NCBI GenBank assembly: GCA_002269645.1
Contig: NIVC01000691.1
Location: 366,216-430,215, forward strand
Length of the DNA stretch: 64,000 bases
Direction: 5' to 3'
Source: Macrostomum lignano
Taxonomy: Eukaryota
Position numbers and translations under genes: made by a program. How positions within the stretch are numbered: the first letter of the stretch is position 1; each line of letters opens with the position of its first letter. A model generated the notes under the pieces. It was not told where the DNA came from. It did not search any database and saw only the letters and a list, made by a program, of their open reading frames with translations. Of this stretch, positions 9,885 to 20,955 are shown piece after piece.

Positions 9885-12800
9885 CTAGTCGCAAGGTTTG
9901 TACATGACAGTAGTAACGAACTTCTTCCTATAGCGGTGTATTGTGGACAGCACAATAACGCCGTCCTTTATGCTCAAAGCGTACAGGTGGTTGAGCATCA
10001 CGTGATCTGGCTCGGGCAGAAGGTTCGGATCGTACTTGGCGTCAGTTGGCTTGTTCAATATTACTTGGAGTAGTTGCTGGGGCAGAGCGGGAGGGTTCCT
10101 GCCGGGCCCCGAGCCTCTTGGCTGCGGCACTGTGTTGGTGTAGCGGCCTGTCAGTGGAATTATTAAATGGCAATGATTGAGCTAAGGTAAAGCTGGGCAC
10201 CACTCAGCCGGATAAACATTGACAGGCTTGCAGAGGCAGAGTTTTAAATCATAAAAGGGGGAAATAAGTCACAGAGGGAGACGTAAGTCACAGAGGGAGA
10301 TGCAATTCGCAGATGGAGATGCAATTCGCAGATGGAGATGCAATTCGCAGATGGAGATGTAAGTCACAGAGGGAGATGCAATTCGCAGATGGAGATGCAA
10401 TTCGCAGATGGAGATGCAATTCGCAGATGGAGATGCAATTCGCAGATGGAGATGCAATTCGCAGATGGAGATGCAATTCGCAGATGGAGATGCAATTCGC
10501 AGATGGAGATGTAAGTCGCAGAGGGAGATGTAAGTCGCAGAGAGGGAGATGCAAGTCGCACACGGAAATACATCACAATACCCCAAGCGAAAAGTTTTGA
10601 ATTTCAAGGTGCATCTCAATGATTATGTGAAACGCGCCAGCCACCAACCTGTAGAAGCAGCCGTTCATAGCAATCGGGAGCTATGACTAGAAAATCATAT
10701 TTATGACTATTATCAAACACTAATAAATTGGCCATAACTTTGCACGCTTGTACTTTAATTAAAAATGAGAAGTTTTTAAATTTTTCACAGTGAGCTATTC
10801 TACATTGATTGACAATTAGTAACCAGCATTAATTACCAGGTGGACTGCCGGAACGGTGGCGGGTGCGCTCGGAGACCTCCGATTGAGTTGTAGTGTCCTT
10901 TGGCTGATTGGACTCTGCAATGTCCATGGCCAAGGCTTCAAACACTTCAAAGTCGGACGCCTTGACTTCGATCCGGTTGTTCACCGAGCCCATGTTGTTG
11001 GGCACGGTTGGCTAAAATTTAAAGTGAGTTTTTCTGTTTGATTATTTAGCTCTGTAAGCTCGTAAGCACGAAAATTAAATAGATTCTATGGTTTAGAATA
11101 GCTAATGCTAAATCTTAAAGAAATTGGATGCCAAAGCTCGTTTAGATCGCCATCAAAGGAGGTCCTTTTTGCTTGTACCCGGGGTGCTGGTACTGCCAAA
11201 AGTATCCAGACTAATGCTCACTACATGGTCAATCCACATCAAATTTGACTGAAATTTGATATCGAATTAGTCTGAATTTTACGGGTCCATGAGAATTGCC
11301 CGCAGACGAATTGCCTGCGGAGATTTTCTCGCAATTGCGATGTGAAATGCAATGTGAAATTTCGGGTCCATGAGAATTGCCCGCAGACGAATTGCCTGCG
11401 GAGATTTTCTCGCAATTGCGATGTGAAATGCAATGTGAAATTTCGGGTCCATGAGAATTGCCCGCAGACGAATTGCCTGCGGAGATTTTCTCGCAATTGC
11501 GATGTGAAATGCAATGTGAAATTTCGGGTCCATGAGAATTGCCCGCAGACGAATTGTCTGCGGAGATTTTCTCGCAATTGCGATGTGAAATGCAATGTGA
11601 AATTTCGGGTCCATGAGAATTGCCCGCAGACGAATTGCCTGCGGAGATTTTCTCGCAATTGCGATGTGAAATGCAATGTGAAATTTCGGGTCCATGAGAA
11701 TTGCCCGCAGACGAATTGCCTGCGGAGATTTTCTCGCAATTGCGATGTGAAATGCAATGTGAAATTTCGGGTCTATGAGAATTTCCCGTAGGAAGTTTTC
11801 CCGCCGAGGTTTTCCCGCGAGAGTTTTTCCCGCCGAAGTTTTCCCGCAGGGTTCCAGTCGGAATTTCAAATCCAAATCTAGTCTATAGATAATGCTGGAC
11901 TGGACTAAATTAGAACTAGCCTAGACTAGACTAGATTTCAAATCCGATTGAATTCGAATTGAAATCCCAATTGGAAAAACCCTGCGGGAAAACTTTGGCG
12001 GGAAAAACTCTCGCGGGAAAACCTCCAGCGGAAAAACTTCCTACGAGAAATTCTCATAGACCCGAAATTTTGAGCTCGCGAAAGTGACAGAACTTTTTGA
12101 TCGCGTGAAGGTGACCAGCAGGAATTTTCAACGATATGAAACTTTGCGCTCAAGAAATTTTGGGTTTGTGAAAGATTTTCTTTCGACAATGTGGAATTTT
12201 GAGCACATTTTAAGCTCCAGTCGAATGCTATCAAAATGCATCTCAACTGCCTAAGGACACAAATTGTTCCGAGTGGGTAAAGTATCGAACCCACGATCTC
12301 TTAGTCGGGAGTCAGACGCTCTGAACCGCTAGGCCAGAACTCCCTATACTAATTATTTATCATATTAAAGAAATATGCAAATATTGACAATATTTTACAC
12401 AATCCACAGCAGCACCAACCTGTTTCCCATCGTGCTTCCAAGCATCGTCTACAATGAACTTGTATTCGTGGACGCCCTGGGGCAGCTCAACGATGGTGTA
12501 GAAATTGTCCCGACTGAAATTGTTAAAAATGCGCAAAGAACTTTGCAAAACCACTAAATGCAATATTTCTCTGCGTCCGGACATCTAATATACATAAATT
12601 TCTTATGCGTTTGGTTGGAGGTTGGTTTACAAGTCAGCTAGTAAATACGTTCCTAGTAATTTACTAGCTCGTACATGTACCTTTTCAGCATGGAATTTGA
12701 CAAAAGTGACTTTGAATTTATGCTTGATTGGCTAGCTCTATAGCTTTCCCATAGACTACAGTAAAGAAGCTACACGATTTGTCCGTAAATCAGACCGCAC

Positions 12801-14845
12801 TTCTACTGTATCTTATCGTACTGCTTCTTTCTATCCAGCAGCATCCTATTTGCCCATGCCTACGCTCGAGACTTATCCGTTGCTCCCGGGAAGGCAGGGG
12901 TTTAGAGACGTATGGTAGTTCACGCACGAGGATGAGCAGTAGGACAGAAAGAAGTGTTGACAATATATGTGCATCGAAGCAAAATCCACTATCACCTTGG
13001 AGGAAATGAGGAAGCTCGTTAAGAATTTTCCGTTGGCACCTGCCGTGACCACTCAAGCAATCAGCAGGAGACTAAATGGGATATTGTATATCAGCGTAAA
13101 CGATGTGCCCCGGGATAGGACAACTGGAATGCAGATTAGATTATAACCACAGAATACACCAGAATGCTCAATCAGCTTCCAAATCGAAAGCCGAAATATA
13201 AAACCATAGACACTACTCCTGAGGTGAAGAAGAGATAAGTAGTGCTGAAATTTGATAAGTAGTCACCATTTTTTACGTCCATTCGAGGGGGAAAATTTTT
13301 ATGGACAGAAGGTCACGATTGTATATTTGCAGCTGTAGCGACATGAAAATGTAGATATTAACTGTGAACATTCAACGCAAGCTAGAAAGGTCGCCGGCAG
13401 GCAGTTGCTTATCGGTCGCCCACTAAGCTGAGTTATTATACACTAGGCATCAAATAGATAGGATAGATGGACGGAAAGTCGGAAAGACAAGCGAAAAACA
13501 TCGTCTATGGCAAAATCGATCTCAACACTCGGGTTGATGAAAAAAAGCCAGCACTACTCACAAATCACTTCACCTTAGAAGTAGCGTAGCTAGCGAATAG
13601 TTTTTGCCTCAAAAATTTTTCGCAGGGAGCTTGATTGAGCATTCTGGTGTATTCTGTGATTATAACGTTAAAAAATCCCAAATCACACATTTTTGTCAAA
13701 TTCAAAGTTAAAAAGGTATATATTCTAACGTAGACCGGAAGCAAGCAAAATTACCTGTTATTTTTGTTTTCTAATTTTCGAAAATTTTCTGTCCATGGAT
13801 TTTTGCCACAGACAAGACAATCTCTGGGTGTGAAAAATCTATCAAAAAAATAACATTTCGAAAAAGTACATCTTGAAGAGAAACTACAAATAGCAGCACT
13901 TTTTTATCTCTGGGCGTGGGCGTCCTGGTGAGAAATCGTCAATTTAGTGACAAAAATGCTATCAAATAAATTTTCATGAATTATATCTTACAATAAATAA
14001 ATAAGCACAGGACCATTCCCTTATTCCAGGCGATCTCATCCTGAATCAAGTCACAGTGTTGTTGCGACAGCTCAATAACTAAAATCATTTTAAGCACCAC
14101 CCCAAATGACTCACCTTTTCACCAAAGGAATTTTGGTCTGCCAAGAGTTGAAACTGCCGGTAAGAAACACCTGCTTGCCGCCGCCTTCCCATTTGAATAC
14201 TGTCGGCAATTTGCTGGCTGTCACGTGATCGCCCGGCTTCTCGCTCAGAGTGGCCGCTCGCAAGCGGAAATGCTCTTCTTCGCTGACATTCTAGTGGGAT
14301 GTTATTGAAATTGTGTTTTATTGTACACTGTTCATGGCAATATACTAAAGATTGCTTGTAGGTAAGTTGTAGCAGAGTTTAGGAAGAAAAGTTAGCATTA
14401 ATTTAGTGCAGAAAAGCTTGCAGCAGTTGTGCAGTGAAGCCTTGGCAGTACTCACTTTAGAAGGGAGACGAGGGAGGAGAGGAGGGAAGAGAGGAGAGGA
14501 GAGAGAAAATAGAAGAGAGCTGAGAATAGACATAAGCTTCGAGCGGGACGGGTTGCTACTGTAAAGTTTCAAAGGATACGGGGCCGCATAGAGTTTGCCG
14601 ACGCCTGCTTTAAAAGAAAAAACCAATAGGACAAGGATAAATAATAGTACGAGTAGCAAGGAGTAGTATGAGTAGCATTAACTTACCTTAATAATAGCTG
14701 ATAGATCAGTAGGGCCGTCCGATTGGCCATCTTGCGAGTCTTCATGTGGCTTCTTTTTCAAAGGGGGCTGGTAGCCAGCATTCTCCGCCAATCCAGACGA
14801 AGGTCGCCGCGATCTGCCACTGTCGCTGCCAGGTGTGTTTCCCAT
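9885..14845 (-). CDS. PRKAB1: AMP-activated protein kinase beta subunit (PRKAB1/2 co-ortholog), 5 coding exons, 288 aa
   Basis: Exons 14845-14687, 14290-14115, 12513-12420, 11011-10837 and 10147-9885 all have GT-AG ends and consistent phases (0,2,0,1), totalling 867 bp. The protein has an N-terminal MGN myristoylation motif, a CBM domain (LPTVFKWEGGGKQVFLTGSFNSWQTKIPLVKS, LPQGVHEYKFIVD), and the ASC domain DPNLLPEPDHVMLNHLYALSIKDGVIVLSTIHRYRKKFVTTVMYKP. Confidence 0.95.
10265..10560. repeat. 19-bp minisatellite in AMPK beta intron 4
   Basis: About 15 units of two variants, GATGCAATTCGCAGATGGA and GATGTAAGTC(A/G)CAGAGGGA. Confidence 0.95.
11283..11790. repeat. 81-bp tandem repeat (6 full copies plus a partial) in AMPK beta intron 3
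   Basis: GGGTCCATGAG recurs at 11283, 11364, 11445, 11526, 11607 and 11688, with a variant at 11769. The copies are nearly identical. Confidence 0.97.
11762..12070. repeat. ~310-bp foldback (MITE-like) palindrome
   Basis: Arm 11762-11851 is the reverse complement of 11980-12070 with few mismatches. Pairing continues inward (AAATCTAGTCTA / TAGACTAGATTT), leaving a loop of roughly 35 nt. Confidence 0.9.
12225..12344 (-). mobile_element. Truncated tRNA-derived SINE head in AMPK beta intron 3
   Basis: The minus strand reads TGGCCTAGCGG (A box)...GCGTCTGACT...GGGTTCGATAC (B box), resembling tRNA-Arg. It is followed by GTGTCCTTAGGCA, which resembles the CORE-type SINE motif GTGTCCTTGGGCAAG. The anticodon stem does not pair. 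Confidence 0.6.
13141..13665. mobile_element. ~525-bp MITE with ~40-bp terminal inverted repeats in AMPK beta intron 2
   Basis: TTATAACCACAGAATACACCAGAATGCTCAATCAGCTTCC (13141-13180) is the near reverse complement of 13626-13665. Both ends carry TTATAA. There is no coding capacity. Confidence 0.75.
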
Positions 14846-14926
14846 TCTCTGGTGAGCATGCAATAGAAATGCACTTGCAAATAATACATGCAGTAGTATG
14901 GCAGTTTAAATAAAGTCTCATATGCG

Positions 14927-17900
14927 AGTACAGCATTGGAGAATTGGCTTGACTTTCTGGTACCCAGCCCTACCCTGAGGCAGTTGGATTCTGGCTTATG
15001 TCATGTCTTTGATGAATTTTTCTGGAATTTCTATTATCTGTATCTTCTTGAGTTAATAGGTAAAAAAATAACTTGGCCTCAATATTAGCATTATGAGTTT
15101 AATGAGATAGTAATAAAATAAATACTTTTACTTGTTGGATTTATAGATTAATGGTAATTACTTTGATCTTTATTATATAAGTTGATGTTCAAGCATGATT
15201 TCAATAAGTTAAAAAATTCAATAATAGCTTTGAAAATAAAAAGAGTCTATAAAATAGGTTTCTAGGCTTACATATAAACTAAGCTAACATAAGCAATATT
15301 ATTCAATTAAATGTGTCTTTAAAAATCAAAGCCTACCCTATCATATTTTAGACTAACAAATCATAGACTAGCCTGCAAAACAATGAGAACTACAAGACCA
15401 AAGATCCCTTATGAGAATAGGGTTTTCCCAAAATGTCACATGGGAGTAGAAAATGACTAGCAATCAGCACCCCCATTGGGGAGCCAACAAAGAACAAAGA
15501 ATGGACTATATTTTTTGTAAACTACATATAGCTTTTAGTCTCAACCTTGGCATCTCAGCAATTCTCCTCAAGAGTCACAGCATTATAGCAATTTCCCCTA
15601 AGTCTTTACATTGTAGCAATTCCCAACTGAATCTTCTATATGTTTGGCATGACACTTCTTTTATGCCTGAATGACACTTTTATATTTATTGTGATGCTTC
15701 CTTTACTTCATTTAGTTCATTTCCTGTTTAAGTCTAGTAAAAAAATTATAGTGCTTCCCATGATTAATTTGAATAGGATACTTCTAATAAATTTTCAAAA
15801 TAAAATATATTATATTTAATATTTTATGGCAAACAAAATGACTAGGTCCTACATTATATTTTAGCAAACAAGTTTTAGATAAACTGGCAATAGACAAAAC
15901 AACTATTAACTAAAATCCATTATTATGAATTCTTTAGAAATAAAAACAAAAATAACACTAATGGATTAATGGCATAAACAAATATTAACATATTTAGTAA
16001 CAGATTTAGGGGGAAAGGTCTAGTTGCCTTCCTTTGTCATTGGCAATGATAGGCCCTTTTCCTTTGCCCTAAAAACTTAAAAAAGTCTTCATTGCCCTCA
16101 TTTAGCTTAGTATAGTGCCTCTCTATAGTAGTATATATTATAGTGCTCCTACTCATGATTAAAATCTGCCCCCAGCCCCTCTCTCTATTTTATAATTCTA
16201 TATCTAAATTATAATTCAACTTAGTTTCAAAGAAAAAAAAAGACCAAAGAATTTTTTAGTATTGAGAATAGCTATATCAAAATAGAATAATGGCCTTGAA
16301 ATAGTCACTTATAAATTCAAGACAGGATAAATCAAGCCAAGTTCCAAGGACAATGTGAATTTTCTTTAAATTGATAGGCCATAGTCAAGAAGTTGGCATG
16401 TGCATACCAGAATTAAAGGGCCTATCAATTTAAGCTTATAAAGTGGAGCCTGAGTAACCTTTATATACAAGAGCCCAAGTAACCTATGTATATAAATAAT
16501 ACATTATTCTACTCACAATGATACCAAAAACTGAAAACTGGCAAAGTGAAAAAAAATAGACTGGGATAGGAGAGAACAAGCAAGATGATAATTAAAGACT
16601 CTTATATAAACTTATTAAGCTCATAAGGTTGAGTCCCTAATTATCTCCTTGCTTGTTCTTTCCTATCCTAGGTCTATTTTTGTCACTGTGCAAATTCAGT
16701 TTTCTGATATCATTGTAAGCACAATAATGTATTATTATATATATAGATTACTTGGGCTCTAATTTATAAGCTTAAGTTGATAGGCCCTTTGGGAAGTGGC
16801 TTTTATATATACCAAATGTATATTAAATTTGTATATATACAATTTTCTGAATAGCAAATATATGACAATGTCTAGGCCTATGTACACTATGCGCCTGATG
16901 CACTAAGAAATGTCTTTTTTACATTTAAAAACATGGTACAAAAAGAAAAACAAATCATACTATACCATTTTAAAACTAAAAATACAACATAAAAAATACA
17001 TTACTAAGCCTAGCAATTAAGAAAGAAAATTTTTAAAAATGAAAAGACATTAATAAAAACATACATTTAATTTTTGTGGCATATACTAATATTATATATA
17101 TATATGCCACAGCACCAATGTTTATATTGTAGCATCATTGTATATGCTATATATACAATATATGCACATGCATATCATATATAGCATATATATGCCATAT
17201 AGACTGAATGTACACTACAAAAATTGTGGCCAGGCCAATGTACACTGGAATTTTCAAGCAAAAAGGCCATTTTCTTGACTAGGCCTATCATGGTTAATAG
17301 GCTATTTTTGCCCTAAATCATGTAGAAGTGGTCAATATTTCTTAGAAACCTAAAATTATGCAAAAAATTGTTTGTTTTAATTAGCAAAAGAGGCCCTATT
17401 TTTAATATTTAAGGTTTGTTTAAATATATGCAATCAGCATAATATAAATAGGAGCAAGGTGTAGAGAGGAGAGCAACTTATATTTTCACTCATTTGTTAG
17501 TTATAAGCTCAAAATGTGTTCAATAAACTCATTCTCAAATCTTCAAAGCATTAATCATTTTACCAATAAGAGATTCTAAGAGTGTTTTAAAGAAACTTGC
17601 TATAAGGTTAAGAGAAGTTGGGAACTCATGCAAAGGGAGTAGCCTACTAAGAGTAAATGCCATGACTCTCTAATCTTAATAATACCCAGACTAGAAACAA
17701 AGTACATATATCAATAAGACCACTCAGGTCACATAGTATAAGAATGCTAGGGCCTACTAGAATGCTATTAAGAATGCTACCAGAATGCTACCAGAATATT
17801 ATTAAAACTTAGGATTAATAGGACAATAGGATTTAGTAGGCCTACAACTTGAACTTGGTGACATAACAATCAATGGAATTAATTAGAGAATAAAAGTTTC

Positions 17901-18471
17901 CCCTATGACAACTTTGGTGGTAGCTTATAGGATATTTAAATAGACAGAGAAAATATACCTACTATAATAAAAAATATGTTAAAGTTGAGAATCTGAAAAT
18001 AAAAGTTATAAATTACAATAGCCTAGCAAAAATTGGCCTATGACATACATAGGCTATGTATAGCAAGATCTAATCTTATCACCAATTTATCAATATCTTG
18101 ACACTTATTTTAGTTAGTTTCATGATTAAATTAGGCCTAGGCCTAAATAAATTATAAGATAGACCTAAAATAAACTTCTAAGAAATTGTTTAATTGATAA
18201 GTCTAGTTAACAATAATCACATTTTTGTAATTTTGTCATAAAATTTTTACACTGTCTGTGAGACTGTGACAGTCTGTCAAATTAGCAATCTTACAAAGTG
18301 ATCTTGAATAGGCCTATGGCTAGGCCTACCACTGAGAAATGACATGTTTGGCATTGTGTTGTGATTTATGAAAAGAATTATTTTAAGTTTTGTTAACATC
18401 TGAGTCTAAATTATTTTATGTTAAATATTGAACTTTTTAAGTAAAAAAATTTAGGCCTACTGATAACTTTG
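14927..18471. other. AT-rich, essentially CpG-free segment between AMPK beta and ACADM
   Basis: By manual scan there is a single CG (16892-16893) between the CGs at 14925 and 18472, while GC and GGCC are frequent. Confidence 0.85.
16415..16790. repeat. Long imperfect palindrome (~160-185-bp arms, ~29-nt loop)
   Basis: AAAGGGCCTATCAATTTAAGCTTATAAA...GAGCCCAAGTAAC...GATAGGAGAGAACAAGCAAG...GACTC pairs with GAGTC...CTTGCTTGTTCTTTCCTATC...TTACTTGGGCTC...TTTATAAGCTTAAGTTGATAGGCCCTTT. Confidence 0.85.
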
Positions 18472-19060
18472 CGTATGCCATATATTTTCTACATTTCTGC
18501 ATTATCTTGCTGGAGCTGGAGGCTGAGGCCTGGGGGAGAAATCATCATAAAAAATTAGGCTGCTTCACAGCTTACGCCCTCTTTTCTTCGAATGTAATGA
18601 CAAGTACCTTTCAATAAGATCTCTGAATCAATAAATCATTAAGTGATTACTGATTATTCCATTCAACTCAAATGATCTCGAATTTTCGAACATTTCAACA
18701 ACTAAGGGCCTACTACTGCCTGTTCCTTCAAGTAATTTTCTAACCGTAATTCTAATTAAACCCCATTAAACTCTGAAAACTTTTATCGCACAGGTTTTTA
18801 AAAAACTGTAGGACGGGAAACAGATAATTTCCTTGCATTTACACATCTAATGGAATTTTTTATCAGATACGTTTGTTATACGAGTTTTGTAAACAATCAT
18901 TTTTGATATATGAAGTTTCTACAAAATTAATTCATTTTATATTCCACTAAGCATTGTTTAGGCATAGTGCATCGGCTTCAGCCTTCCGCTTCCTTTACGG
19001 ACTACTTTAAATTTCCCCTTCTATCAGTTCGCATTAGGCTAATCTGCTTCCCTTTTGAGA

Positions 19061-20955
19061 ATGTTAAACGGCATCCTAAAAACAGTTCAATTGGTTGGCA
19101 GCGCTTCTCGCGCTCGCCTTTGTTCTGCGCCTACAGAACTTGTCGGTGGAATTTCATTTAGTAAGCGTTATATACTCAATACTCGTATTTTTATATTAGG
19201 CCCTAGTGCCTGTCTGCGAGCTTACATTATTAGGCTCTTATTGTATTGATTACATATGCTTCTGTAAACTTTAATAAGTACTCTAGTCTAACTGTCTACA
19301 GTGTATATAATTAAAAGTTGCTAGATGATAGGTGCGATTTTCTAAGATAAGCCAAGATCGAACTCCTTTAAAATTAAGATTGATTCGAATTTTACGCTGC
19401 TGCAATAGGAATTATAACCCATAGGGCCTATTAACTTAATAGTAAAGTTTCTAAGATTTTGACATTTCTATTCTAACCATTACCTAGCTGTTTATATATA
19501 ATATAGCTCGTAGTGCTTAAGTGAATTGATCTTTGGTACACTCGAAGGTTGTCAAACCTCGATGCTAATTGATTTTTAACCTTTAATACTATCTGAAAAG
19601 GAGAAGGAAAAGGATTAGCTATATTTTCTCAATGTGTCATGCATTGAAATAAAGCCCTAAATGTGTATATACAATGCATGTGTGCTCTGAAACATTGTTG
19701 AAGCAATGTGTCAGTTTGGGAAATACAGTATTTTTTAATGTCTGCCTCGTGAAACCATCACCTGTCTAAGTATTCTCAAAACCACCTAAAATTTGTAGAG
19801 CTTTCTGAAGAACAGCAGTCCTTGCAGGAGCTGGCGCGAAAGTTTACTGCAGATGAAATTGTACCAGTGGCGGCACAGTACGATGTCTCTGGCGAGTATC
19901 CATGGCCAGTAATTCGCAAGGCACACTCACTTGGCCTGATGAACCTTAGTCTGCCCAAGTGGCTCGGCGGGCTTGAATTGGGTGTCTTTGATGGGTGCCT
20001 AGCTACTGAGGAATTTTCTTTCGGTTGCTCCGGAATTCAGACTGCCATTCTGGGCAATGGACTGGGCGCCAGCCCTTTGCTCATGTTTGGCACTAAAGAA
20101 CAGCAGAAAGAGTACCTTGGGAGGCTTATAGAAGAGCCATTGATGTGCGCCTATGCTGTCACTGAGCCTGGCGCTGGCAGCGATGTAGCCGGGATTAAAA
20201 CTACAGCTGTGCGCAAAGGCGATGATTGGGTGATCAATGGCCAAAAGATGTGGATCACCAATGGCGGAGTGGCTAATTGGTATTTTGTCCTAGCCAGAAG
20301 CGACCCCGACCCGAAGACTCCAGCTGGCAAAGCTTTCACCGGCTTCATCATCAACCGGGACACTCCCGGTGTGAATCCCGGCCGCAAGGAGGACAACCTT
20401 GGCCAGCGGGCCTCAGACACTCGCGGAATCACTTTCGAAGATGTGGTTGTCCCAGCCAAAAATGTCCTTGGCACGCCAGGCATGGGTTTCAAGATCGCCA
20501 TGGGTGCTTTCGATAAGACTCGCGCTCCAGTCGGTGCCGGCGCCGTGGGTATTGCGAAGCGCGCTCTGCATGAAGCTACGCAATATGCCATGCAGCGCAA
20601 GACCATGGGAGTGCCCATCGCCCAGCACCAGGCTGTGGCTTTTCTGCTCGCGGACATGGCCATCGGGCTGGAGACGGCTCGACTCGCTGTGTGGCGCGCG
20701 GCCTACGAGGCGGACTGCGGCCGGCGCAACACCTACTATGCCAGCGTGGCAAAAGCGTTCGCCTCCGACGTGGCTAACAAGTCTGCCTCCGATGCTGTGC
20801 AGGTGTTCGGCGGCAACGGCTACAACAAGGAGTACCCGGTTGAGAAGCTCATGCGCGATGCTAAGATCTTCCAGATCTATGAGGGCACTTCACAGATTCA
20901 GCGCCTCATCATCAGCAGAGAGCTGCTTGCAGCCGCCATGTCTGTGAAGAGCTGA
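19061..20955 (+). CDS. ACADM: Medium-chain specific acyl-CoA dehydrogenase, mitochondrial; 2 exons, 418 aa
   Basis: Exon 1 (19061-19160) encodes a basic, Ser/Arg-rich transit peptide ending GISF, followed by a GTAAG donor. Exon 2 is 19799-20955 (phase 1). MCAD motifs include [48 protein letters not shown] and the catalytic [13 protein letters not shown]. Confidence 0.97.

Noticed and set aside
10269-11875. Repetitive ORFs such as SPSANCISICELHLHLRIA and HFTSQLRENLRRQFVCGQFSWTRNFT
   Set aside because: They lie within AMPK beta introns and are translations of the 19-bp and 81-bp arrays.
12271-12344. Functional tRNA genes here and at 9165-9250, 33730, 37659, 40027, 43921 and 49867
   Set aside because: A and B boxes are present, but the acceptor, anticodon or T stems do not pair into a cloverleaf. 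They were treated as tRNA-derived repeats.
14927-18471. Fungal-type RIP as the cause of the CpG desert
   Set aside because: CpA and TpG remain common, only CpG is erased, and the genes are animal-like.
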